Below, one piece after another: positions 40,502-49,861 of a stretch of DNA of 64,000 bases. The translations under genes were made by a program, and so were the position numbers. The notes under the pieces were generated by a model. That model was given only the letters and a program-made list of their open reading frames with translations, had not been told where the DNA came from and did not search any database. Source of the stretch: Candidatus Latescibacterota bacterium (GTDB lineage Bacteria; Krumholzibacteriota; Krumholzibacteriia; WVZY01; JAKEHA01); assembly GCA_963707635.1 (NCBI GenBank), contig OY970173.1:352001-416000 (forward strand), in the 5' to 3' direction. Each line of letters opens with the position of its first letter. The stretch's first letter is position 1.

Positions 40502-40608
40502 CCTCCTATGATGGCCCTTTCCCGCGTATCGTCGCGCCGCGGCTGGATTTCTTCAATGGCAATTTCACCGTCCGTTCCCGAACCAGGAGACATTTCCAGG
40601 AGATCTCT

Positions 40609-41622
40609 ATGACGAACCTCGTGCTGTCGCTCGCCCTCGCCCTCGCTGCCCAGACCACGGCTGAGCCCGCCGCCCCTACCGCGGTCGAGCGGCTGAAGAA
40701 GGACGCCGCCGCGATGAGCGGCCTGGTGGAGTCGCCGCTGGCGAAGTCATTCCTCGCCGGCGTCGAGTGCCTGCCGTCGATCCCGGCGGCTCGCGTCGTG
40801 TACTACAACAAGGAGACGCGCGACGCGCTCACCGACGCCGCCGCGAGTGCCATGACGGACTCGCAGCTGGCCGGTTACGCGAAGCGCGACATCGACGAGG
40901 AGTTCTACTACTTCACGCGCTACGGCTCGCCGGTCGCGTTCGTGCGGCCGCTGGAGATTCTCGGTCGCGCCGGGGTGAAGAAGGCTGACGGTTTGAAGCT
41001 GGCGGACTTCGGCTTCGGGTCGATCGGGCAGCTGCGCGTGCTGGCCAGTCTGGGGGCCGATGCGGTGGGAATCGACGTCGACGCGCTCCTCAAGGCGGCG
41101 TATTCACAGGAGGGAGACACGGGCAAGATCGCGCACTGCGCGGCGGCGGGAAAGGGCAAGGCCGGCGCCGCCCGAACGGTGTTCGGATTCTTTCCCTCCG
41201 ACGCGGCCATCGTCGCGGACGTGGGCCGCGGTTACGACGTCTTCGTGTCCAAGAACACGCTCAAGCGCGGTTACATCCATCCCGAAAAGGAAGTGGATCC
41301 GCGCATGCTCGTCCATCTCAACGTCGAGGACGAAACCTATGTGCGCGCCGTGTTCGAGCTGCTCAAGCCCGGCGGCTATTTCCTGATCTACAACCTCTGT
41401 CCGGCGCCGTCGAAGGAAGGCGAAGCGTACAAGCCCTGGTCGGACGGCCGCTCGCCTTTCGCGATCGATGTCTACGAGCGCGTCGGCTTCGAGGTGATCG
41501 CCTTCGACCAAGACGACTCCGACGCGGCGCGCGCGATGGGAAAGGCGCTGGGCTGGGCGGAGAGCATGGATCTGGAGAAGGACCTGTTCGGGACCTACAC
41601 GCTGGCGCGAAAAGCTAAGTGA
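40609..41622 (+). CDS. Exported SAM-dependent methyltransferase-fold protein
   Basis: Signal-like N-terminus; motif I LADFGFGS, GID, YDVFVS, LKPGG. Confidence 0.6.
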   Translation: MTNLVLSLALALAAQTTAEPAAPTAVERLKKDAAAMSGLVESPLAKSFLAGVECLPSIPAARVVYYNKETRDALTDAAASAMTDSQLAGYAKRDIDEEFYYFTRYGSPVAFVRPLEILGRAGVKKADGLKLADFGFGSIGQLRVLASLGADAVGIDVDALLKAAYSQEGDTGKIAHCAAAGKGKAGAARTVFGFFPSDAAIVADVGRGYDVFVSKNTLKRGYIHPEKEVDPRMLVHLNVEDETYVRAVFELLKPGGYFLIYNLCPAPSKEGEAYKPWSDGRSPFAIDVYERVGFEVIAFDQDDSDAARAMGKALGWAESMDLEKDLFGTYTLARKAK

Positions 41623-41860
41623 CGACGCGATAGTGACGCGGCGCGTCGGCCTTGCTCATCTGTTTCCCGGGAATTTCGAGGAGTTCGACGGTGATCGAGC
41701 GCTCCGACGCGCGGATGGCGATGACGTCGCCGGCGCGCACGATCGACGCCGCGCGCGCCTCTGCACCGTTGATCCGCACCTCACCGTGGTCGCAGAGCGC
41801 CTTCGCGGCCGAACGGCTCTTCGCGAGGCAGAGGAACTTGAGGACGAGGTCGAGGCGCAT
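41615..41860 (-). CDS. S4 RNA-binding domain protein (Hsp15/RqcP-like)
   Basis: MRLD..L....LAKSRS.AK..C..G.V.ING......V..GD.I. Confidence 0.85.
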   Translation of the reverse strand: MRLDLVLKFLCLAKSRSAAKALCDHGEVRINGAEARAASIVRAGDVIAIRASERSITVELLEIPGKQMSKADAPRHYRVVT

Positions 41861-41877
41861 TGGTTCTTCCGGGTGCC

Positions 41878-41967
41878 GGTGGTGTGCACTCCCTCCGCCG
41901 CCGTCCTCCCGCGCACAATGTTGATATGCGCGACTGCGGATTAGCGTCCGAGGGAGTGCACACCACC
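41878..41967 (-). repeat. Structured intergenic hairpin element, copy 5 (TCAAC loop on minus strand)
   Basis: Perfect 18-bp IR ggtggtgtgcactccctc/gagggagtgcacaccacc; minus-strand core cgcgca-tatcaacattg-tgcgcg. Confidence 0.85.
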
Positions 41968-41979
41968 CCAACGAACAAA

Positions 41980-42070
41980 GGGCGATATATCGGGCGAAGC
42001 GCGATTTCGCGAGTCGCGCGTGTCAACTTGTGCGCGCGAGCGCATGAGCGCGGAGTCCGATATATCGCCC
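41980..42070 (+). repeat. Structured intergenic hairpin element, copy 6
   Basis: IR gggcgatatatcgg/ccgatatatcgccc; core cgc-gagt-cgcgcg-tgtcaacttg-tgcgcg-cga-gcg-catgagcg. Confidence 0.85.
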
Positions 42071-42071
42071 G

Positions 42072-43382
42072 TTACATCCTCATCTCCACCGGGAACCGCT
42101 TGCGCAAGTCCGCGATGTAGTCTTCGTACGTCTTCGCGAACGTCTGCTGGTCGTAGAGGCGCTTGATGTCGTCCTTGATCTCCGAGAACTCGTACGGGCG
42201 CGCGGCGTCCCGCTCGATCAGTTTCACGATGCGAAACCCCGCTGTCTCGCGCATGACCTGGCTCACGTCGCCGGGCTTGAGCCCCGCGAGCACGTCGCGA
42301 AAGAACTCCGGCAGCTCCGCGACGCGCAGCCAGCCCAGGTCGCCGTTCTTGGTCGCCGCCGGGTCCGTGTTGTAGCGCGCCGCGAGCGAGTCGAACGACT
42401 CGCCCTTCTGGATGTCCTGGTAGATCGAGTTTGCGCCCGCGAACACCTTCTGCACATCCGCGTCCGACGGCACTGCCCGCACCAGGATGTGGCGCATGCG
42501 AACCTCACCGCTCTCGGGCCGGCGGTCCGTGATCTGCACCAGGTGGAACCCGTAGACCGTGAAAACCGGCTCGCTCACCTGCCCCAGGTCGAGCGACCCC
42601 GCGGCGGCGGCAAGCGCGGGTTCGCGCAGGTCCTGCGGGCGCAGGAAGCCCAGGTCCCCTCCCAGCGCGGCGCTGGCGTCTTCCGACTCCGCCTTGGCCA
42701 CCTCGCCGAAATCCTCCCCCGCGATGATGCGCGCGCGCAGCGCCACGATCTTCTCGCGCGCGGCGCTGGTCGCGTCGGACGCGGTCTCGAACCCGATGAA
42801 TATCGTCTTGAGATGAACGACTTCGGGCCGCTGCGGGACGCGGTCTTTGTGTTCGTCGTAGAACTTTTTGAGCTCCTCGTCGGGTACGGCGCCGCGCTGG
42901 CGGTTCATGTCCTTCTGGAGCACGCGCTCGACCAGCATCCGGTTGCGGATTTGCACGCGGTACATGCGCTTGAGCTCGTCAGCGGTCAGCCCTTCCGCTT
43001 CGAGTTGGCGCTCGAAGGCTTCCTCGCCCCCGATCATCCGCTTGTTTTCGTCGATCGCCTTGTTGACCTGCGCCTCGACGTCGGAGAAGGGAACGTCGAT
43101 GCCGAGCCGGCCCGCCTGCGCGATCACCAGCCGGTCGTTGATGAGGTTGTCGAGCGCTTCGCGGAAGAGCGTATCCCGCTCTGCCGGCGTGACGCTGGTC
43201 TTACCCTGCTGGAACAAATACTGGCGGACGGCCTGGTCGACGTCGCTCTCGAATACCGCTTCGTCTTCGATCACGGCCACGATGCGGTCGATCGTTTCCC
43301 GCTCCGCGCGCGGGACCCCGGACGCCGCCAGGGCGGAAACCGCCACCGCCAGCGCGACGCGAGTCATCCCCCGCCGGGTCAT
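42072..43382 (-). CDS. surA: SurA-like periplasmic chaperone with two parvulin domains
   Basis: IDRIVAVI SurA N-domain; SED..SA..GGDLGF; RHILV; NGDLGW. Confidence 0.85.
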   Translation of the reverse strand: MTRRGMTRVALAVAVSALAASGVPRAERETIDRIVAVIEDEAVFESDVDQAVRQYLFQQGKTSVTPAERDTLFREALDNLINDRLVIAQAGRLGIDVPFSDVEAQVNKAIDENKRMIGGEEAFERQLEAEGLTADELKRMYRVQIRNRMLVERVLQKDMNRQRGAVPDEELKKFYDEHKDRVPQRPEVVHLKTIFIGFETASDATSAAREKIVALRARIIAGEDFGEVAKAESEDASAALGGDLGFLRPQDLREPALAAAAGSLDLGQVSEPVFTVYGFHLVQITDRRPESGEVRMRHILVRAVPSDADVQKVFAGANSIYQDIQKGESFDSLAARYNTDPAATKNGDLGWLRVAELPEFFRDVLAGLKPGDVSQVMRETAGFRIVKLIERDAARPYEFSEIKDDIKRLYDQQTFAKTYEDYIADLRKRFPVEMRM

Positions 43383-44416
43383 GGCGCCTCCCCGGTCGTG
43401 TCCGCCGCAGCGGTGTCCGGACGGACGGGCTCGGCGGGGGGTTTCACACGCTCCGCCGGCTCCGGCACCGCGCGCTCGAATTCGCGCGGCGCCCGGCTCG
43501 CGGCGGCCTTCTCTTCCGCTTTGAGCGACTCGGCCATTTCCACCGCGTAGCGCATTTCCGGATCGACGATCTCGACCCGGGCCTGCTCGGTGAGCGACGC
43601 GATCAGGCTGTCGTACACCGCCGCGCGTTTGGCGAGCAGGAGCTGGCGCGAAATCTCCGGCGCCACCGTCTCGAACGGCAGCTCGTTGAGCGCGGTGCGC
43701 ACATCGGTGAGCTTCACGATGTGATATCCGAACTCGGACTCGATGATGTCGCTCACCTCTCCCACCCGCATCTTGAAGACCACGGCCTCGAACTCCGGCA
43801 GCATGTTTCCCTTGGAAAGATAGCCGAGGTCGCCGCCGGAGCCCGTGTGCTTGTCCACTGAGAGCTTCCGCGCTACCCACGAAAACGGGCGCGTCTTGAG
43901 CATTTCCTGCGCTTCCTCGGCATCCTCGATGTTGTTCGTGAGGATATGACTCACCCGGACCTCGAGATTGAACTCGTCCTTGTGCGCTGCGTAGTACTTC
44001 ATCACTTCGTCGCGGGTGACGATGGCCCGCTGCCGCAGCACCTCCTGCACCAGCCGGTCCGCCACCAGGTCTTTGCGGTACTGCTCCAGCCTCCACTCGA
44101 TGTCGCGCGACACGTCGAGCCCGGAGCGCAGGGCGGCTTCGTACAGGAGCTGGGTCGTCACCCACCGGTCGAAGTACGTCTTGCTCTCCTCGGAGGTGAT
44201 TCCCGCGTAGGACTCTTCGGGAAGATACGCGTCGAGGTCGCGACGGTACAACGGTTGTCCGTTCACACGGGCCACCACCGGACCCGGGTCCTCGCCGGAC
44301 CGGCCCACCTGGCGCCGCTCGCAGCCCAGGTTCGCCGCCGTCATCATCGCAGCGAGGGCCAATAACACGATAGGGGGTGCGACACCCCCTATCGTGAGTC
44401 TCGGTCGCCCGGACAT
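43379..44416 (-). CDS. Parvulin-type PPIase lipoprotein (PrsA-like)
   Basis: LGC lipobox, VARVNG, VSHIL, GGDLGY, PEFE, EFGYHIVK. Confidence 0.85.
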   Translation of the reverse strand: MSGRPRLTIGGVAPPIVLLALAAMMTAANLGCERRQVGRSGEDPGPVVARVNGQPLYRRDLDAYLPEESYAGITSEESKTYFDRWVTTQLLYEAALRSGLDVSRDIEWRLEQYRKDLVADRLVQEVLRQRAIVTRDEVMKYYAAHKDEFNLEVRVSHILTNNIEDAEEAQEMLKTRPFSWVARKLSVDKHTGSGGDLGYLSKGNMLPEFEAVVFKMRVGEVSDIIESEFGYHIVKLTDVRTALNELPFETVAPEISRQLLLAKRAAVYDSLIASLTEQARVEIVDPEMRYAVEMAESLKAEEKAAASRAPREFERAVPEPAERVKPPAEPVRPDTAAADTTGEAP

Positions 44417-44444
44417 CCGCGGAACCGTCGCCGTCGCGCCGGAA

Positions 44445-46178
44445 CTAGCCGCCGACGTCCACAGGTTTCGGCGGTTCGGCCACCGAACGTTCGGTGACGT
44501 GCACTTTCTTGAAATTGTCGTCGTGGATGACAACGCCGAATTCTTCTTTCCACTTTTCGAGCAATTCTTTGAGTTTCTCGTCGTTCGCCTCGTTCTTGAG
44601 GTGCGCTTCAATGTTCGACTTGGCTTCTGCGAAGCTGAAAACCTTGGCCTCCTGGACCTCCATCAGGCGCAGAACCATCCAGCCGCGCGAGGTCTGGAAC
44701 GGCTCCGAGATATCTCCGACCCGCCCGAGACCGAAGCCGACTGCGTCGATCTCGGGGTTTTCTCCGCTGGCCAGGAAATTGCTGAGCCCGCCATTGGCGG
44801 CGGATTCTTCATCGATGGAGTACGTGCTCGCCACCTTCGCGATCAGCTTCCCCGCGCGGAGCTCCTGGCGGGCCTTCTGCGCGGTATCCACGTCGCCGGT
44901 CAGGATGACACCGAACTGGCGCTTCTCCGGCGTGCGAAACATCTCGCGGTTGTCGCTATAGTAGGCCTGTTGCTGCTCCTCTGTGACCACCGTCGTCCGG
45001 TTGATCAAGTCCTCGTAGAGGGCATTGATCATGAACTCTTCCTCCTTGTCCTTCAGCGCCCTGGCAACCTCGGGATCCTTCTCGATGTCCGACTTGTGCA
45101 CGACGTCGGCGGATATCTCGTTCATCATGGGTGCGGTCAGGAAGCTACGAATCCCACCGAGCCGGAAATCGCGCCGTGGACGCTCGTAGAATGAGGCCTG
45201 GTCGTACATGTCGGAGAAATCTTTGATCGCGATCGTCTTACCCAGGTAGCTCACGAGCGGCTTGTCGAGATCGGTCGAATCGAAGTAGAGCAGCGGGTAG
45301 ACTTCCTGATCTCTCGCAGGAGCCTCCTCGAAGGGCCGGTCCGGCGGCAGCGCGTTGAAAGCGATCATGAGATTGTCGTAGTTCCAGACCACGCCGTACT
45401 GGTCGCGCAGCTTGTCCGTGAACTTGTTGAGCTCGACGGCCTCCTTGCTCTGCTTATACTCCAGCGTCACCTGGTCCTTGACGGCCTCGAACGGCTGCGG
45501 GTGCTTGCCTTCCGTGCGCGAGAGCACCTTGACGATCACCCAACCGTAGGCAGTGAGAATCGGCTCGGTGTACTCGCCGACGGGCGTGGCGAACATCTGC
45601 TGCTGCAGGTCGGGCACGAGTGTGCCATACGTGGCGGTAACCACGACTCCGCCGTTGGCCGCGTCCGGGGTTTTCGAGTACTGACGGCATGCCGACTCGA
45701 AGTCGAGACCACCCTGCAAGGCGTCGTAGCAGGCGTTCGCTTCCTCTTCAGTATCCGTGAGGATCTGTTTCAGATTGATCGAAGCGCCCTTGTTGTCATA
45801 GTGGCGGCGCACTTCCTCGTCGGTCACCGTGAGATTGTCGGCCACCTCCCGCTTGAGATACGCGATCGGGAGCGACATTCTCCGGAACGTTTCCAGACCC
45901 TGCGCCACGGAGGGGTCCTTGTCGTACCCGAGCTCGTCGGCCTTGGCGACCAAGACTTCCTTGTTGAGCATCGTGGTCAGAAACTCGCGCAGGCCCTCCT
46001 CGCCGGTGGCTTTCGGTAGGTACGCCACGTCCACCTTGGCGTAGGCCTGCTCGAACTCCTGGACCGTGATCGCGTGACCCTTGAACTCCGCCAGCTTGGC
46101 ATTCTCTCGTTTGGAGCACCCGGTCAGCGCGATCGGCGCGCTCAGTCCCAAAGCCAGCAACAATCGTCCAACCCTCAT
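44445..46178 (-). CDS. Two-domain parvulin-type PPIase lipoprotein
   Basis: LTGC lipobox; two rotamase-like domains (YGWVIVK, RGWMVLR). Confidence 0.8.
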   Translation of the reverse strand: MRVGRLLLALGLSAPIALTGCSKRENAKLAEFKGHAITVQEFEQAYAKVDVAYLPKATGEEGLREFLTTMLNKEVLVAKADELGYDKDPSVAQGLETFRRMSLPIAYLKREVADNLTVTDEEVRRHYDNKGASINLKQILTDTEEEANACYDALQGGLDFESACRQYSKTPDAANGGVVVTATYGTLVPDLQQQMFATPVGEYTEPILTAYGWVIVKVLSRTEGKHPQPFEAVKDQVTLEYKQSKEAVELNKFTDKLRDQYGVVWNYDNLMIAFNALPPDRPFEEAPARDQEVYPLLYFDSTDLDKPLVSYLGKTIAIKDFSDMYDQASFYERPRRDFRLGGIRSFLTAPMMNEISADVVHKSDIEKDPEVARALKDKEEEFMINALYEDLINRTTVVTEEQQQAYYSDNREMFRTPEKRQFGVILTGDVDTAQKARQELRAGKLIAKVASTYSIDEESAANGGLSNFLASGENPEIDAVGFGLGRVGDISEPFQTSRGWMVLRLMEVQEAKVFSFAEAKSNIEAHLKNEANDEKLKELLEKWKEEFGVVIHDDNFKKVHVTERSVAEPPKPVDVGG

Positions 46179-46224
46179 CGGTCGAGACTCCTTTCCGAAT
46201 CCACCGTCAGCACTTGGAGGGAAC

Positions 46225-49200
46225 CTATCGATTTGGTAAAGCGTTGATATTACTGGTGAATCGAGCAATTTGCAACAGATTCTTCACCTCATCGATAATG
46301 GCCGCGGGGGGCTGGCCGGTGAGCCTGATTGCAAAGGATTTCCCCGATTTGAACAAGATTCGGCGTCCGAAAGTTTCCGAGAGCTTCGCACAGGCACGCG
46401 GGGACAGGGCCCGCCCGGGGGCGAACTCGAGCCCCGCTTCCCCGCGGAATCCTGCCGCCGGGTCCAGGCTCGCGAGCCGAGCCTCCCGCGCGGCTTCCCG
46501 GAGCTGCACCGACACGATGCCGAGCGCCTGGGCCTCGAGCTTCACGTGGGCCAGGTCGAGCAGGCTCTGGGCGCTCGGGGGGATCTCGCCGAAGCGGTCC
46601 CGCAACTCGTCTCCCAGCGCCGCGATTTCCTCCGGGTCGCTCATGCGGGCTATGCGCTTGTAGATCATCATGCGCTCGTCGGCGTCGGGGACGTAGCGGT
46701 CGGGCACGTAGACGCTGTACGGCGCCTCCACCCGGCACGGCGGGGTCTCCTCGCGCTCTTCGCCGCGCAACTGGTCGACGGTTTCCTTGAGCATCTTCGT
46801 GTACAGCTCGAACCCGATCGCGGCCACGTGTCCGTGTTGCTCGACGCCGAGCACGTTTCCAGCTCCTCGAATCTCGAGGTCGCGCATCGCCAGGCGGTAG
46901 CCGCTGCCCAGCTCTTCGAACTCTTCCATCGCCTGCAGCCGCCGCACCGCCGACGGGGTGAGTGAAATCTGCCGCGGCACCAGGAAGTACGCGTAGGCCT
47001 GCCGCTCGCGCCGCCCGACGCGTCCGCGCAGCTGGTAGAGCTGCGCGAGGCCGAGCCGGTCCGCCCGGTTCACGACCAGGGTATTGGCATTGGGAAAGTC
47101 GAGGCCGGACTCGATGATCATGGTGGAGATGAGCACGTCGCTCTTGCGCTGCATGAAGTCGAGGACCGCCGTCTCGAGTTGGTCTTCGACCATCTGGCCG
47201 TGGGCGACGCCAAAACGGACCCCCGGCAGGAGGCGTTCGAGAAACGCCTTCATCGAGAAGATCGACTGCACGCGGTTGTGGACGAAGAACACCTGGCCGT
47301 CGCGGCCGACCTCTTCGGAAATTGCGCGCGCGATGGTGTCCTCGTCGAAGGCGGTGACTTCGGTCTTGACCGGGTGGCGGTTGCGCGGCGGCGTCTCGAT
47401 CAGCGAAATCTGTCGCAGCCCCGAGAGCGAAAAGTAGAGCGTGCGCGGGATCGGTGTGGCGGTGAGCGACAGCACGTGCACCGACTTCGCCATCTGCTTC
47501 AGGCGCTCCTTGTGCTTCACCCCGAAGCGATGCTCCTCATCCACGATCAGGAGGCCGAGGTCCTTGAAGACGACGTCCTTCGAGAGCAGCCGGTGGGTGC
47601 CGATGACGAGGTCGATGGTGCCGTCGCGCAGCCCCTCCAGCGTCTTCTTCTGCTCCGCCGGCGAGACGAAACGGCTCAACATCGCGGTCTTCACGGGAAA
47701 CGCCTTCATGCGTTCCTGAAACGTGCGCTGGTGCTGAAACGCGAGCAGCGTGGTCGGCACCAGCACGGCGACCTGCCGGCCGGCGGTCGCCACCTTGAAC
47801 GCGGCGCGGATCGCCACCTCGGTCTTGCCGAAGCCGACGTCGCCGCACACCAGCCGGTCCATGGGACGATCGCTCTCCAGGTCCTCCTTGATGTCGCGCG
47901 TGACGGTGATCTGGTGCGGCGTCTCTTCGTACGGGAACGACGCTTCCAGCTCGCGCTGCCACGGCGTGTCGGGGCCGAAGGCGTGCGCCTTCGCCAGCTC
48001 GCGCTGCGCATAGACGTGCAGGAGGTCACGGGCAATGTCTTCGATCGCCTTCTTCGCACGCTCCTTGGTGTGCTGCCAGCGGGTGCCACCGAGCTTGTCG
48101 AGCTTCGGCACCACCCCCTCGCGGCCGATGTACTTCTCTACCAGGTGCATCTGGTCGACCGGGACGAAGATCCGGTCCCCGCCCTCGAATCGAATGGCCA
48201 GGCACTCCGCGTTGCTCTCGTCCGCCGCGATCCTTTCGAGCCCGACGAAGCGTCCGATGCCGTAGTCGACGTGGACCACGTAGTCGCCGCCCTGGAGCGT
48301 CTCGGTTCGCAGCGCGGCCGTGCGGCGCTTCGCCCGCTTCTTGCGCGGCCGCGCCAGCATGCGATTGAAAATCTGGTGGTCGGTGAGAATCGCAAGACCA
48401 GCCTGCTCCCACACGAAGCCGCTCGCGATCCACCCCACCGGCAGGTGCACCAGCGCTTCTTCCTCACCCAGGATGTCTGCCATGCGTTCGCGCTGGGTGG
48501 GCGTCTCGGAGTAGATCATCACGTCCACGCTCCGGGCGCGAAGCGATCGAATCTGCGCGAAGAGCGGGTCGAGCTTCCCGACCACGCTCGGGTGCGCGGC
48601 GGTGAGGAACTTGACCGTGGTTTCGTCGTCGCGCGCCGGCGCGAGCCCCGGGTCCGTCCCGTCGCCGGTTTCGGGCGGCGCGGTCTCGGTCACGTCGGAA
48701 AGCGCGCGATGAATGACGACCGCCGCACCGCGCGCGCGCGTGTGTTCGAGCGGATGGAGGTAATCGTCGAGCGCCAGCGCAGGGAATTCGTCCTCGGGGC
48801 GCGAGGCAGCGCGTTCGAAGTCCCGCGCCAGCGCGGCCAGAGAGCGGTTGGTCCCGTCTCCGTCCGCGAACCAGACCAACGGCGGCTCCGGGAAGAAGTC
48901 CAGCAGCGACCCGGTCATGCCCAGCGCCGGCGCATACCGCCGCCATACGTACGACGAGCGCGAGTGCTCGGCCTCTTCGGCGATGCGGTTTATCAGATCT
49001 TTCGGGAACTCCCGCGCTGACAGGTACTCGCGCAGGTGCGCCACCGCATCGGCGTCCAACGGAACGCTCGATGCTGGCAAGATGGTGCAAGTTTGCAATG
49101 CTTCAATAGACCTTTGCGTGTCCAGGTCAAAGGAGCGCATGGAAACGATTTCGTCGTCTTCGAGCTCGATGCGCACCGGGTAGTCCCACGCCGGATCGAA

Positions 49201-49827
49201 CACGTCCACGATGGCGCCGCGCACCCCGAACTGGCCCGCTTCCTCTACCACCGACACCGCGTCGTAGCCCATTCCATCCAGGTGCTCGCGCAGGTCCTCG
49301 AGGTTGACCGCGTCGCCGACCGCCAGCGCGCGCTGGTGCGCCGCCAGCGACGCCTTGGTGATGGTCTTCTCGAGGAAACCGAGGACGCTCGTGACCACGA
49401 TGTCGGCGCCGCCGTTGAGGATCGTGAGCAAACTCTCGTTGCGGTCGCCGCCGGCCGCGATGTTTTCGCGCAGCTCGAAGCGATGCGGCGCGATGGCACG
49501 TTCGGGGAAGTGCACCACGCGTCCGCTGGAGACGGTCCGGCAGTCGGAGACGGCGTCCTGCGCCGACTCGTCGTCGGGGTAGACAAGGAGAACGCTTCGA
49601 TCCAGCGAGTGGCGGACGGCTTCGGCGAGGAATACCTGGGAGGAACCCTTGAGCCCCGCGACGTGGACGCGCCGGCGGGCCTCCAGCTTGTCCGCGTAGA
49701 GCCCGCGCGGGCGGTCGACGACCCGGCCCGCCTCTGCGTCCGCGATCTCGCGCGCGGCGCGCAGCGCCTCGCCGATGGAGGCTCGGAGGGAATGAACGAG
49801 AGGAAGACGGCTGACTCTATCGATCAA
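46225..49827 (-). CDS. mfd: Transcription-repair coupling factor
   Basis: VVHVDYGIGRF, DRLVCGDVGFGKTEVA, VDEEHRFGV, TATPIPRTL, QLRGRVGR, DLEIRGAGN. Confidence 0.97.
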   Translation of the reverse strand: MIDRVSRLPLVHSLRASIGEALRAAREIADAEAGRVVDRPRGLYADKLEARRRVHVAGLKGSSQVFLAEAVRHSLDRSVLLVYPDDESAQDAVSDCRTVSSGRVVHFPERAIAPHRFELRENIAAGGDRNESLLTILNGGADIVVTSVLGFLEKTITKASLAAHQRALAVGDAVNLEDLREHLDGMGYDAVSVVEEAGQFGVRGAIVDVFDPAWDYPVRIELEDDEIVSMRSFDLDTQRSIEALQTCTILPASSVPLDADAVAHLREYLSAREFPKDLINRIAEEAEHSRSSYVWRRYAPALGMTGSLLDFFPEPPLVWFADGDGTNRSLAALARDFERAASRPEDEFPALALDDYLHPLEHTRARGAAVVIHRALSDVTETAPPETGDGTDPGLAPARDDETTVKFLTAAHPSVVGKLDPLFAQIRSLRARSVDVMIYSETPTQRERMADILGEEEALVHLPVGWIASGFVWEQAGLAILTDHQIFNRMLARPRKKRAKRRTAALRTETLQGGDYVVHVDYGIGRFVGLERIAADESNAECLAIRFEGGDRIFVPVDQMHLVEKYIGREGVVPKLDKLGGTRWQHTKERAKKAIEDIARDLLHVYAQRELAKAHAFGPDTPWQRELEASFPYEETPHQITVTRDIKEDLESDRPMDRLVCGDVGFGKTEVAIRAAFKVATAGRQVAVLVPTTLLAFQHQRTFQERMKAFPVKTAMLSRFVSPAEQKKTLEGLRDGTIDLVIGTHRLLSKDVVFKDLGLLIVDEEHRFGVKHKERLKQMAKSVHVLSLTATPIPRTLYFSLSGLRQISLIETPPRNRHPVKTEVTAFDEDTIARAISEEVGRDGQVFFVHNRVQSIFSMKAFLERLLPGVRFGVAHGQMVEDQLETAVLDFMQRKSDVLISTMIIESGLDFPNANTLVVNRADRLGLAQLYQLRGRVGRRERQAYAYFLVPRQISLTPSAVRRLQAMEEFEELGSGYRLAMRDLEIRGAGNVLGVEQHGHVAAIGFELYTKMLKETVDQLRGEEREETPPCRVEAPYSVYVPDRYVPDADERMMIYKRIARMSDPEEIAALGDELRDRFGEIPPSAQSLLDLAHVKLEAQALGIVSVQLREAAREARLASLDPAAGFRGEAGLEFAPGRALSPRACAKLSETFGRRILFKSGKSFAIRLTGQPPAAIIDEVKNLLQIARFTSNINALPNR

Positions 49828-49861
49828 TCAAATCGGGTGGAATATAGCACAGCCGGCGCGC

